A stretch of DNA of 64,000 nucleotides from Thermodesulfobacteriota bacterium (GCA_965249045.1 OZ252213.1:201329-265328), one strand, 5' to 3'. Counted from the stretch's first letter, positions 9,949 to 19,985 are shown. Notes: generated by a model not told the origin, from the letters alone. Made by a program: numbers and translations.

Positions 9949-10255
9949 CCTTATAATTTTTTTTGGTTACCTTCTAGGAAGATGACTAAGAACTACGATT
10001 ATGAAATTTACGCACTTCTGTGGATCAGTCGCCGAAGTACAAACATTATTAAGAGATCTACTGTCTTGCGAATGCAAAATTCCTGTAAAAGCAATTGAGC
10101 GGAAGCTCCATTTAACTGTCTATCATGGAAGGAGGAGACTTTCTGGCCTTACTTCTTATAAGGGTTTTTTTATGGGAAAAACAACCGCGCATGCTGCAAC
10201 AGGGAAAAACAAGAAAATTCTGGGGAACCATTAACAAAGAGGTCGGCAGGGTCTG

Positions 10256-11398
10256 ATGAAAACAAAGATAATACACACGTCTGACTGGCAGATCGGAAAG
10301 GTTTTCCGGTTTGTAGATAACCAGACGATGGGGCTCCTTCAGGAGGCGCGCCTCGGAGCGATTACCCGCCTGGGGGAGTTCGCCGAACAAAACGACGTCC
10401 ACCATATCCTGGTCGCCGGAGACGTATACGACATGGAGGCGCTCTCGACCCGCTCTCTTAACCAGCCGATTGAGCGCATGAGGAATTTCCCCGGGGTAAA
10501 ATGGCACCTGCTGCCGGGAAACCACGACCCCCATCGTCCAAACGGGCTCTGGGATCAACTCACTCGCAGAGGCATTCCAGACAACATTCATATCCATACC
10601 ATGCCCGAGCCCGCAATCTTTGAGGATGAATCTTTGGTTCTGCTGCCCGCTCCGCTTCTCCATCGAAAGACTCTTGAAGATCCGACCGCGTACATGGACA
10701 ACATCTCTCTTCCCGAAGGATTTGCGCGCATTGGAATCGCCCACGGCACCGTGGTCGGCTTCGGCTCGGACGATGAGAACATCCCGAATCACATAGCCCC
10801 TGACCGCCCCGCCCGCGCCGGGCTCTCTTATCTGGCCCTTGGCGACTGGCACGGACAGAGGAAGATAAACGACCACTGCTGGTACAGCGGCACACCGGAA
10901 ACAGACGCGTTTGACGTTGCGGACGGCGGACAAGCGCTGCTAGTGGAAATTTATGACACCGGAGCCGCTCCAAAGGTAACGCCCTTTGACACGGGACAGT
11001 ACAGATGGATCAGTCTTTCAGAACGGATAAACAACCGCGAGGACATTGATTTTCTTTCGGAAAAGCTCAGAAACGTAGACGAAAACCTGAACCGGGTGCT
11101 GCTGCACCTGAAGGCGGAAGGAGCCCTGTCGCTCGGCGACCGTGAATATTTCCAGCAGCAGATCACAGACGGCGTCTCGGCCGCACTCTGCTTCCTTCGC
11201 GTCGACGACAGCCGGCTTTTCCCCAGTCCCACGGAGGAAGACCTTGACCGGATTGACAGGCGGGGTTTCGTGCGTGCGGCCGCGGAAACCCTGAAGCGCA
11301 TGGCAAGCGAAGGAAACGATTCGGAACGGGAACTTGCAGCCGAGGCCCTCCAGCGACTCTACCTTGAGCATATGAAATCGGAGGCGGAGCGGCGATGA
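10256..11398 (+). CDS. sbcD: SbcD/Mre11-like metallophosphoesterase nuclease subunit
   Basis: Calcineurin-like motifs IIHTSDWQIGK, VAGDVYD and GNHDP. It is translationally coupled to the downstream ATPase by a 4-bp overlap. Confidence 0.7.
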   Translation: MKTKIIHTSDWQIGKVFRFVDNQTMGLLQEARLGAITRLGEFAEQNDVHHILVAGDVYDMEALSTRSLNQPIERMRNFPGVKWHLLPGNHDPHRPNGLWDQLTRRGIPDNIHIHTMPEPAIFEDESLVLLPAPLLHRKTLEDPTAYMDNISLPEGFARIGIAHGTVVGFGSDDENIPNHIAPDRPARAGLSYLALGDWHGQRKINDHCWYSGTPETDAFDVADGGQALLVEIYDTGAAPKVTPFDTGQYRWISLSERINNREDIDFLSEKLRNVDENLNRVLLHLKAEGALSLGDREYFQQQITDGVSAALCFLRVDDSRLFPSPTEEDLDRIDRRGFVRAAAETLKRMASEGNDSERELAAEALQRLYLEHMKSEAERR

Positions 11399-14106
11399 AA
11401 CTGCGATCCCTTGCGGTAAACCAGTTCAAAAAATTCACAAGCCCGATGCGTCTCGGCGAGATCAATGACGGGTTAAACGTCGTCGTCGGCCCGAACGAAA
11501 TGGGCAAGTCAACCCTGCTCGACGCGCTTCGCGCAGTGCTGTTTGAAAAACACGACTCAAGGGCAAGACCCGTAAAAGATCTGCAAAACGACCGGAACAA
11601 TGCAGGGCCGGTCATAGAGCTTGCCTTTGAACTTAATGAGGGTAATTACCGGATCAGAAAACGGTTCATAAAGAAGCCCTACGCGCGTCTTGACTGTCCC
11701 GACGGGCGAACACTTGAAGGAGACGCCGCTGAGGAGGAACTTCGCGAACTTCTGAGCCTGGGTAAACCCGCGAGAAGCGGAGCGCAGCCGGAAACCCTGG
11801 GAATGTGGAACGTGCTCTGGGTAAAGCAGGGCAGGTCTTTCGGAGCACCCGATCTTCCGGAAAGCGCGCGTGGGAATCTCCACGGCGCCCTTGAATCTGA
11901 GGTCGGCACGGTACTCGGGGGAAGACGAGGACGGGCACTGCCGCAGGTAATAGAAAAACAGCTCGGCGAACTGGTCACCTCCAGCACCAACAAGCCCAGA
12001 GGACAATACAGGGATATTCTCGAGCGGGAGACCTCACTTAACGGAGAAATCGAGAGTCTCGAGGAGCGCCGCGCGGAACTCTCTGACACCCTCGCCCGCC
12101 TTGAAGAAGCCCAAGAGACACTGAAGCGCTTGTCATCGGAGAATCGTGACGAAACCGACGGGGAAGAGATTAAAAGAGCGAGGCAACGGCACGGTGAACT
12201 GGCGGAGCTTGAAACCCGGAGAGAAGCCGCAGGGACCGAACTTGAACTCAGGAAGCTCAACCTGGAAAAGGCCGAAGGAGAAGAAAAACAGCGTAGCAAA
12301 CTGAAAGACGATATCAAAGCCGAAGAGGTGTCCTTGGATGCAGCCGGGAAACGGCGGGGAGAGGTGCGGAAAAAGGAAAGGGAATCCCGGGAAAAAATTG
12401 AAAAGCTACGCGAGGCGGTGCGCGAGGCCGAGGCAGGCCTCGGGGCGGCTGAAGATACCGTCCTGCGGGAAAGCCGCATTTTGGAAGCCGTGCGCCTGAA
12501 AAACCGGATCGGGGAGCTTGAGAGGCGTTTTGAAAAAGCTAGGGAAGCGGAAACACGCAGGCGGGAAGCCCAACGGGGAGCCGTAACCATTACGATCACC
12601 GAGGAACTGATCGAACGAATACGCGCGGCGGAGAAAGAACTTGAAAAAGCCACCGACCGCCTAAGCGCCGTCGCGACCACCATAACCCTTGATATGGAAC
12701 CGAACCGCCCCGTCGGTATTGAGATTAACGGTGAACCGTTTACAGACGACCGCTCTTCCATCTGGGCCGTTTCACCGGTAACAATAGCAATTCCCGAATG
12801 CGGACGAATCACGGTTGAACCAGCCGTAAAAAACCGGGATAAACTTCTTGGCCAGCAAAACAATGCCGAAGCCGAACTTAAAAACGCATTGAGGGAGGCT
12901 GGCGCCGAAAGCCCAAGTGAAGCCGAAAACCGTTACGGCGAGAGAGAGAAACTGCTACGGGACGCTGAGCTTGCCCGCCAAGAAGCGGAACTTCACTCTC
13001 CCGCAACCGAAGAGTACGAAGCTGGCGCGCTGGCGCTTGGCGACCACATTAAAAGTCTTTCTCTGGTACTCAAGCGGGAAACCGATGAACTCGCTTTAAG
13101 TGAACTACCCGCACTCAAAGAATCCGAGACGGCTCTTGAGGACGCTAGGGGGCGGGCTGCCGACGCGCGCCACGCTCTTGAGAAAGTACGCGCCGAACTC
13201 AGCGGACCGGACAAGGCGCTCGGCGATCTCCAGACCGAACTCACTACCGCCGACGTGCGTTACGAAGGTGCGGAAGAACATCTCGCCCGTCTTCGCAGTC
13301 AGCTTGAAGATGCGGAAAAGCAGTGCCCAAGCGATGAGCTTCTGAAAAATATCGATACGGCCCAAAAAAGGCTTTCGGAGCAGGAAGAGGTCATAGCTAA
13401 ACTGAGCGGCGGACGCGAGGATGAGACGCTTGAGCAGCTCCAGGCCCGTATGGACCGTCTTGAAAAGGCCATTGAGGAGAGACGTGAGAAACGCGGGAAT
13501 CTCGATGTGGAAATAAGCGGGCTCAGATCGCGCGTGGAGGCTTCCGAGGGCGGCGGGATTGACGAGGTGATTCAGCAGAAAAACCGCGAGCTTGAACTTT
13601 GCCAAGAAGAGATCAGACGCTCCAAGCGCGAGGTGGATGTTCTTACCCTGCTGCTTTCAACGTTACGCGGTGCCGAACGGGAAGCCAAGGAACTCTACAT
13701 GTCACCCGTGGTAAATCGACTCAGGCCCTATCTGCAACTCCTGTTCCCCGGTGCAAACATTGCTATAGATGAAAACCTCAAGATCACAGGCGTGGTACGG
13801 GAGGGCGGGTACGAAGAACCCTTCCATCACCTGAGCATGGGAACTCAGGAGCAGATCGCCGTTCTGGTCCGCCTGGCATTTGCGGAGATGCTCGTTGAGC
13901 AAGGGCAGCCAGCAACGGTAGTGCTTGATGACGCTCTTGTGTTTTCCGACGACCACAGGATGGACCGCATGTTCGACATTCTCAACATATCGGCCAAAAG
14001 CATCCAGGTCCTGATTTTTACCTGCCGAGAACAGCTTTTTGAAGGAATTGGCGGCTGTCACCTGTCATTGGAGACCGGGGACGCAGAGGAACTCATGTCG
14101 GCGTGA
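11395..14106 (+). CDS. sbcC: SbcC/Rad50/YhaN-like AAA_23 ATPase with long coiled coil; no CxxC zinc hook recognisable
   Basis: N-terminal Walker A VVGPNEMGKSTLLDA. Roughly 600 aa of E/R/K/L-rich coiled coil. C-terminal signature LSMGTQEQ and Walker B VVLDDALVFSDD. Confidence 0.65.
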   Translation: MKLRSLAVNQFKKFTSPMRLGEINDGLNVVVGPNEMGKSTLLDALRAVLFEKHDSRARPVKDLQNDRNNAGPVIELAFELNEGNYRIRKRFIKKPYARLDCPDGRTLEGDAAEEELRELLSLGKPARSGAQPETLGMWNVLWVKQGRSFGAPDLPESARGNLHGALESEVGTVLGGRRGRALPQVIEKQLGELVTSSTNKPRGQYRDILERETSLNGEIESLEERRAELSDTLARLEEAQETLKRLSSENRDETDGEEIKRARQRHGELAELETRREAAGTELELRKLNLEKAEGEEKQRSKLKDDIKAEEVSLDAAGKRRGEVRKKERESREKIEKLREAVREAEAGLGAAEDTVLRESRILEAVRLKNRIGELERRFEKAREAETRRREAQRGAVTITITEELIERIRAAEKELEKATDRLSAVATTITLDMEPNRPVGIEINGEPFTDDRSSIWAVSPVTIAIPECGRITVEPAVKNRDKLLGQQNNAEAELKNALREAGAESPSEAENRYGEREKLLRDAELARQEAELHSPATEEYEAGALALGDHIKSLSLVLKRETDELALSELPALKESETALEDARGRAADARHALEKVRAELSGPDKALGDLQTELTTADVRYEGAEEHLARLRSQLEDAEKQCPSDELLKNIDTAQKRLSEQEEVIAKLSGGREDETLEQLQARMDRLEKAIEERREKRGNLDVEISGLRSRVEASEGGGIDEVIQQKNRELELCQEEIRRSKREVDVLTLLLSTLRGAEREAKELYMSPVVNRLRPYLQLLFPGANIAIDENLKITGVVREGGYEEPFHHLSMGTQEQIAVLVRLAFAEMLVEQGQPATVVLDDALVFSDDHRMDRMFDILNISAKSIQVLIFTCREQLFEGIGGCHLSLETGDAEELMSA

Positions 14107-14193
14107 GTAGTGAGTAGACTTAACAGACAAGGAAAAATTCTCATAACCTTACCCAATCGTTGAGGCTTAAATTGAAGAAATACCGAAACTTAA

Positions 14194-14221
14194 ATTTGCG
14201 AAAGATTTAAAACGTTATCCA
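14194..14221. repeat. Second copy of 28-bp motif AATTTGCGAAAGATTTAARACRTTATC (first copy at 5311-5338)
   Basis: 26/28 identity with 5311-5338. It lies in the convergent intergenic region between sbcC and the helicase. Confidence 0.4.
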
Positions 14222-14248
14222 GAAAATTGGCGTGTTCCTCAAAAAATA

Positions 14249-16744
14249 TTATATATTTTCTCCGGTTTTCGTCCTAAATGAAGCATAGTCCTTGCGGTAA
14301 TCGCAACCGGCGCAAAACACCTCGTATTCTTTAGGGCTTTCTTTAGGACGCACGCCTAACCAGGCACTTTCGCCTCTCGTTAAACATGCCGGACAAGGAA
14401 CTTCATTGCTGGTATAGTTGCAAAGCCCTTTCCCGAAGTTCGTACATCCCAGAAATATGGAATACGGAGGAGGATTGCTCCTTACCCTCCTTACGAGAGC
14501 CCCTCTCCACCTTCCTTCGACCAGTCCCTTGCTGAGACATTCCGGACATGGCTTTACAACATCTCCTCTCAAAACAACATCGTTGAATTTAATACCCAAG
14601 CGCGCGCATATTTCTTTTACTTCTCTGGTAAAGGATGACGGCTGAATGGACTGATTGACGAGAAATATCTTCTCCCTAGCTCGAGTCATGGCTACATACA
14701 TCACGCGTCTATCTTCCGAATTTAAATAACTGTCGCTCGGAGGAAGAAAAACGGAGACCAGGGGATCCTCCCCTCCGTGGTTCGGAAAGCCCATCATGCC
14801 TGAATCCATCCCCAGTATAATGACAATATCCTCTTCAAGTCCTTTTGATTTGTGGATTGTTCCCTTGGATATCCTCAGGTCGTCTCTGTAGGACATCAGG
14901 TCTTTGGAATTAACGGCCTCAATTTCCCTGTTTTTTCGCCCCAGTATAAAAACCCCTTTGCTTTTATCCGATCTGGGAATCAGATCCAAAACCTTTTTTA
15001 AATTCTCGTTGTCGTAATAATCAACAGAACATATATTGACAGCAGGGGTGCTGTCATCCGCCGGTCGGGAACGAACGGATTTTCTGATCTGAACGGGGTT
15101 TTTCTGAATAAATTCAGAAGCGAGATCTGAAATTGGCTTGCAGGTTCGAAACGTCTCCTGAATCTTATACCCCCGAGGCTTAAATGAAGAGACCGACCGC
15201 TCCGGCATCTTTTTTTCTGGAGCAAGCGGTTTATCTGAATCAAGAAACTCTTTCATAACCATGCTGTTTGAACCGGTGAATCCATAGATCGACTGCCAGT
15301 CGTCTCCCACTGCGAAAAGACGAGAATCCGGGGCAAGTATCTGGGCAAGGAAATTCTTTCTGGATTCAGATACGTCCTGAAATTCATCCACCAGAGCATA
15401 TTTATACCGCCCCGGCCAGAACCTCTCTCTTTCGGTGCCGCTTAGATGGCGGGTCGGCCTTAAGATCATGTCTTCAAAATCTATGGTGCCGTTTTCGCTC
15501 AAGATCTTCTGGTAACTCTCAAAGATCGGAAGAAAGAACCTTTTAAACAGCCTGCTCCTGAATTTGTCGTGAAGAGAATCAAGGCGCATTGACAACCCTC
15601 CCGGGGAAAGATCGTTCGCCTTGGCCAGTTTTACGCATCTTGCGATCAGGTTGTACGTATCGTCTGTATAAAGTTTTTCAAGCCGTTTATTGATATATTC
15701 TTTAGAGGGAGGGTCATAAGAGATGCCTTTTTCGTCAAGCTTTTTTAAAATTTTCTCAAGCACGGTGCCTTCGTAATACTCATAGCTGTAAGTAAAAAGA
15801 AAGTCCTTGCCTTGTTTTTCGTAGAACTTATTTTTCTGCCGAAACGTTTCAACGTAGCCCTTAAAGGGCGAGCTGCCGTCTCTTCCGATCGCAAAGTGCT
15901 CGTGCCAAATATCTATTTCCGGGTAATAAAAATCCGGGGTTACCTGCCCGTCAGGATAGGGTCTTTCATACTCTACATTCACTCCCTTGATTATCAGACT
16001 GTTTATGATTGCAAGCTCCTGCTGAGATCTCACCCAGTATTTCTCATCTAAGCTTGGAATGCGCTTCGGTTCAAAGTCTCTGCCTGATCTGAATGACTCC
16101 CTTTTGTAGGGGTAGCTCACGACAGCCTCGTTGTATTCCTCCTCATTCCGGGCGAATTCCTCTATCTGATGGTATGGACTCTCGGCCCTGAACTCAGAAA
16201 TCCAGTTCTCAATCTTCGGGTATCTGCCCTTCGCCTTATCGATTATCTTTAGCACGTTGGCCGTGTCTAAAAGACCGTCAGAAGAGGATTCCGAAAGAAT
16301 ATCCACTCTTTTTCTTCCTTCCACCTTGTTCAGTAATTCAAGACCAAACCCGTGAAAGGTGTAAACTTCGGGATTGATGCCATCTGAGACAAGCTTTTTT
16401 ATCTTTTCCTTAAGCTCCTGCTCTATGGCTTTGTTAAAAGCAAGAACCAGAATTTCTTTTGGGCTTGCAAGCCCTTCTTTTAGTAAAAAAACGTATTTTC
16501 CTATAAGCGTCGTAGTTTTCCCCGAACCTGCCGAGGCTATAACCAGCGTTCGATAGGAATCATCAACTATGCAGAGTCTCTGCTCTTGAGTAAGGGGGTT
16601 AGGAAAAAGATGGTCAAAAAGATCTTTGTGTTTTGACAGCAAAGATTTCGTTTTTGCCGCGTCCGGTTCCGAGGTGGATTTTTTCCGAAACCATACAATT
16701 AATATAAGTACAACTATTAGAAACAGTAAAAGGAAAAGTTCCAT
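14249..16744 (-). CDS. UvrD/PcrA-family SF1 helicase with N-terminal transmembrane helix, PD-(D/E)xK (Vsr/NERD-like) module inserted between motifs Ia and II, and C-terminal tandem C4 zinc ribbons
   Basis: N-terminal MELFLLLFLIVVLILIVWF. Helicase motifs ASAGSGKTTTL (motif I), DEFQD (II), VGDDWQSIYGF and YVAMTRAREK. Inserted EYERPYPDGQVTPDFYYPEIDIWHEHF. C-terminal CPEC...C, CPAC, CAGC. AT-rich relative to its neighbours. Confidence 0.7.
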   Translation of the reverse strand: MELFLLLFLIVVLILIVWFRKKSTSEPDAAKTKSLLSKHKDLFDHLFPNPLTQEQRLCIVDDSYRTLVIASAGSGKTTTLIGKYVFLLKEGLASPKEILVLAFNKAIEQELKEKIKKLVSDGINPEVYTFHGFGLELLNKVEGRKRVDILSESSSDGLLDTANVLKIIDKAKGRYPKIENWISEFRAESPYHQIEEFARNEEEYNEAVVSYPYKRESFRSGRDFEPKRIPSLDEKYWVRSQQELAIINSLIIKGVNVEYERPYPDGQVTPDFYYPEIDIWHEHFAIGRDGSSPFKGYVETFRQKNKFYEKQGKDFLFTYSYEYYEGTVLEKILKKLDEKGISYDPPSKEYINKRLEKLYTDDTYNLIARCVKLAKANDLSPGGLSMRLDSLHDKFRSRLFKRFFLPIFESYQKILSENGTIDFEDMILRPTRHLSGTERERFWPGRYKYALVDEFQDVSESRKNFLAQILAPDSRLFAVGDDWQSIYGFTGSNSMVMKEFLDSDKPLAPEKKMPERSVSSFKPRGYKIQETFRTCKPISDLASEFIQKNPVQIRKSVRSRPADDSTPAVNICSVDYYDNENLKKVLDLIPRSDKSKGVFILGRKNREIEAVNSKDLMSYRDDLRISKGTIHKSKGLEEDIVIILGMDSGMMGFPNHGGEDPLVSVFLPPSDSYLNSEDRRVMYVAMTRAREKIFLVNQSIQPSSFTREVKEICARLGIKFNDVVLRGDVVKPCPECLSKGLVEGRWRGALVRRVRSNPPPYSIFLGCTNFGKGLCNYTSNEVPCPACLTRGESAWLGVRPKESPKEYEVFCAGCDYRKDYASFRTKTGENI

Positions 16745-17268
16745 TGGATGATAAAATTAGACTTGAAGAGCAAAAATGGAATGGTATGAAAAAGTACCTG
16801 ACCGATGTATGAGACTCCAGAAGATACCACTTTGCTGAATAATTACCAATTCAAAATCTGTTAGTATTAAGATACCGAGGGTATTAAGATCCGGGAAAAA
16901 GAGCGGACTTTCTGGTCTCCGGAGACTTCCGAGAGCAATCGCTTAATGATCGCCGGGAGGTTTTAAGTCAAAATCGGTTTTAATTATGAAACGGGTTCCC
17001 GGGATGTTCTTCTCTTAATAAAAAACAAAAGGGCGCGTCGCGGTTTTTCGCCATGAACCGCTCATATTCGTTTCAATCTGTTATCAGAAACGCCGTGTCA
17101 GAATAAAAGAGTCCGACACCCCGCTTTTGTTCACGCTTAAAGGGGAGATGACTGTTGAGTCTGGGGGTTGCGGGCGGTCTCGGGCCGGTCGGACAAAGCG
17201 GAATTCCGTGCGAGAAAAACCCCAAGAGCCGCCTGTAAAGGTGAATTGCCCGCTGCGCGGGAGGTCGT

Positions 17269-19035
17269 ATGAACTTACTGCTTGAAACTTTTGTTTTCCT
17301 GCTGGCAACGATAGTCGTTGTCCCGGTGTGCCGCAAGTTCGGATTGAGTACCGTGCTCGGCTACCTGCTTGCGGGGCTGCTCGTAGGTCCAAGCGGCCTT
17401 GGGCTTATAGGCAACTCCGCCGAAGTGCTTCACTTTGCTGAGTTCGGCATAGTTCTGCTGCTGTTTATTATCGGGCTTGAGCTTCGCCCGCGCCGTCTTT
17501 GGACCATGCGCAGGCTTCTCCTCGGGCTTGGCGCCGTGCAGATTCTCCTTACCTCAATCGTCATTGCGGCATTTAGTTTCATGTTGCTCGGCCTTAGTCC
17601 GCCTGCGTCGGTTCTGATCGGGTTCTCCCTCGCGCTTTCAAGCACGGCATTTGTTCTTCAGCTGCTCGGCGAGCAGAAAAAATTAACCAAACCCCATGGG
17701 CGAGCGGCTTTCGGAACGCTCTTAATGCAGGATGTGGCCGTTATACCGGCAATCGCCGTGGTGGCGGTGCTGTCGGCTGAAACCAGTGAATCGACATGGA
17801 TAAATCCGCTGCTCTTAGCTGGCGTAGTGGGCGGACTCGTGGTGGCGCGGTTTACGCTTCGCCCCGCCCTGCATTTCGTGGCGGCGACCGGGATCCATGA
17901 ACTTTTCACCGCGGCCGCGCTTGCTCTTGTGGTGGGCGCCGCGTTAGCGATGCACAGCGTGGGACTGTCGATGGGACTCGGGGCTTTCATAGCCGGAGTG
18001 ATGGTTGCCGATTCGGAGTACCGCCACCAGCTCGAAGCCGACGTGATGCCGTTTAAGGGACTGCTGCTGGGTCTTTTCTTCATCGCCGTCGGCATGTCGA
18101 CCAATCTCGGTCTGCTGATCGAACTGCCGTTTCTGATCGCGGGGCTGACCGCGGCCCTCATGGTCGCAAAATCGCTTGTCATATACCCGCTTGCAAGGGC
18201 TCAGGGGCTTGGGCACGGAGAAGCGGTACAGACGGGACTTGTGCTTGCCCAGGGCGGCGAATTCGCGTTTGTTCTGTTCACAGCCGGCGTCGGCGCGGCG
18301 CTCATTGACCGGGACATCGCCGATATTGCCGTTCTCGTGGTCACGCTGTCGATGGCGGCCACCCCGGTGCTCACCACGCTCGGCGCGCGGTTCGCCCCAA
18401 AGGACCCGGATATTCCCCATGAGGAGACAGACGGCGAACCGCGGGAAAGTCACGTGATAATCGCGGGGTTCGGCCCGTTCGGCCAGACTGTGGCCCGCGT
18501 ATTGGCAACACTCAAAATTCCGTTCACGGCGATTGAGCTTGACCCGGGGCGGGTCAGGTTAGTCCGTCAGTTCGGAAGCAAGATATACTACGGCGATGCG
18601 TCCCGCTTCCAAGTGCTGCTTTCAGCCCGCGCCGACCGGGCGGCGGCGATTGTAATAGCGGTAGAAGACGTTGAGACATCGCTTAAGATTGCGAACCAGG
18701 TGCGCAGATCCTTTCCGAACGTTAAAATCATGGCGCGCGCCGCGGATCCTTTTCACGAGATCAGGCTGCGCGAAGCAGGCGCGGGTTACGTGATCAGAGA
18801 AACGCTGCTCTCAAGTCTTGCTCTCTCGGAAAAACTCCTTGAGCATCTGGGAATGAGCCCGGGCGAAGCCGCGAGGATAACTCGGGAGTTCCGCAAGCAC
18901 GATTCCCAGACTCCTGAAAGCCGGACGGCCGTTTACCAGGACGAAGCCAAGTTTCGCCGAAGCGTGCCCGATGCGGTTGAGGACCTCAAAAATCTGCTGA
19001 AAAAAGATAAGAAAACCGGTCCGCGCACAGAATAA
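17269..19035 (+). CDS. KefB/KefC-type glutathione-regulated K+/H+ antiporter (CPA2) with C-terminal RCK/TrkA-N domain
   Basis: N-terminal ~380 aa is a polytopic membrane domain (LGYLLAGLLVGPSGLG). C-terminal GFGPFGQTVARVL Rossmann fold. Confidence 0.8.
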   Translation: MNLLLETFVFLLATIVVVPVCRKFGLSTVLGYLLAGLLVGPSGLGLIGNSAEVLHFAEFGIVLLLFIIGLELRPRRLWTMRRLLLGLGAVQILLTSIVIAAFSFMLLGLSPPASVLIGFSLALSSTAFVLQLLGEQKKLTKPHGRAAFGTLLMQDVAVIPAIAVVAVLSAETSESTWINPLLLAGVVGGLVVARFTLRPALHFVAATGIHELFTAAALALVVGAALAMHSVGLSMGLGAFIAGVMVADSEYRHQLEADVMPFKGLLLGLFFIAVGMSTNLGLLIELPFLIAGLTAALMVAKSLVIYPLARAQGLGHGEAVQTGLVLAQGGEFAFVLFTAGVGAALIDRDIADIAVLVVTLSMAATPVLTTLGARFAPKDPDIPHEETDGEPRESHVIIAGFGPFGQTVARVLATLKIPFTAIELDPGRVRLVRQFGSKIYYGDASRFQVLLSARADRAAAIVIAVEDVETSLKIANQVRRSFPNVKIMARAADPFHEIRLREAGAGYVIRETLLSSLALSEKLLEHLGMSPGEAARITREFRKHDSQTPESRTAVYQDEAKFRRSVPDAVEDLKNLLKKDKKTGPRTE

Positions 19036-19129
19036 AAAATGCGCTTAATCTTCTTTTCCGCGAAGGCAGCAGTTTTTCAGATAATGTGCCAAAGCTCCTC
19101 GCTTCCCAAAAAACCCGATATGTTATCGG

Positions 19130-19985
19130 CTATTGCCAAAGAGCCGAAAAGGGAACGGCCAGGAACCTGTCGCCGAAAGGAACCACGTCCTCTCCCGCGT
19201 ACAACACGAAGCCGCAGACAAAATCGTCTTTAGTTCAGATCCCGAAGTACTCCCATGCCTTTAAAATCGGCGGAACCGACCCGCTCCGAAGCCTTGACCT
19301 CTATGCCGGCAACCGAGCCGTCCGGACGTTCGAGAACAAAATCAACCTCTTTGTTGTCAGCGGTGCGAAAGTGAAAAAGATCCGCCCGCACGTCGGAGAA
19401 GGAAAGCAGTTTGCGAAGCTAAGAAGCTACAAAGTTCTCAACGGCATGACCGTAGAAATCGGTCCACCTGCCGCGCGGACCCTCAAGCTCGCGGTCAAGC
19501 AGATGACAAAGCAGCAGGGTATCGATAATATAGCCCTTGGCGGACTTCACCAGCCGTTTGCCGATGTTGCGATACCACGGCTGAACGTCAAAGCCGAGAA
19601 ACATCGCCTGCAGAATACCGCGGTAGCTTTTGCTGGTAACGGGGTTAAGTCCCATGTCACGCGCAATCTCGGCGTCGTTTAGAAGTTTGCCTGCGCGTGC
19701 CGCCAGAACCCGAAGCAGTCTTGGCAGAAGGCCGATTTTTTCAAGCTCGGTAACAGTGCGCACGTCGCGCTGCAGTATGGTTGTAAGGTAGCCGTCAAAC
19801 CACTCTGCCCGCTTGCGCGCAGGTTTTCCCGATATTTCGAGAAACGTGGCTGACTGAATGGCTTCACTAAGCGTCGGTCCGTTTCCCATGTCGGCAAAAT
19901 CGGCTGAAAACAGCCTCTCCGGGAAATCGCCTTTCGTAGAGAAAACCTCGCAGGCTGAAAAGGGGTAAAGAGTTCTTATGCTCAT
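19130..19985 (-). pseudogene. Truncated/frameshifted paralog of the AAA_14-DUF4143 ATPase (lacks the N-terminal P-loop part; premature stop at 19419)
   Basis: ~88% nucleotide identity to 25449-26330. The ORF 19419-19985 matches residues ~226-414 of the 25448-26692 protein. The C-terminal remainder sits in another frame, ending at a stop at 19130. Confidence 0.65.

Noticed and set aside
9949-10010. Similarity of ATGACTAAGAACTACGATTATGAAATT (after IS30 right end) to the IS3 internal 3' region ATGACTATGATTATGAGATT (3127-3146)
   Set aside because: The match is short and gapped and does not extend to the IS3 terminal repeat. It is probably chance or too decayed to call.
10112-12863. Long minus-strand ORFs (10112-10933, 10560-10973, 11679-12863) overlapping sbcD/sbcC
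   Set aside because: They are antisense to confidently assigned genes. Their translations are low-complexity Ser/Arg/Ala-rich, as expected from reverse-complemented GC-rich coiled-coil codons. They carry no motifs.
17430-18457. ORFs antisense to the KefC-like antiporter gene (17658-18182, 17944-18453 minus; 18176-18457 plus)
   Set aside because: Frame artefacts inside a well-supported membrane-protein gene. They show no conserved motifs.
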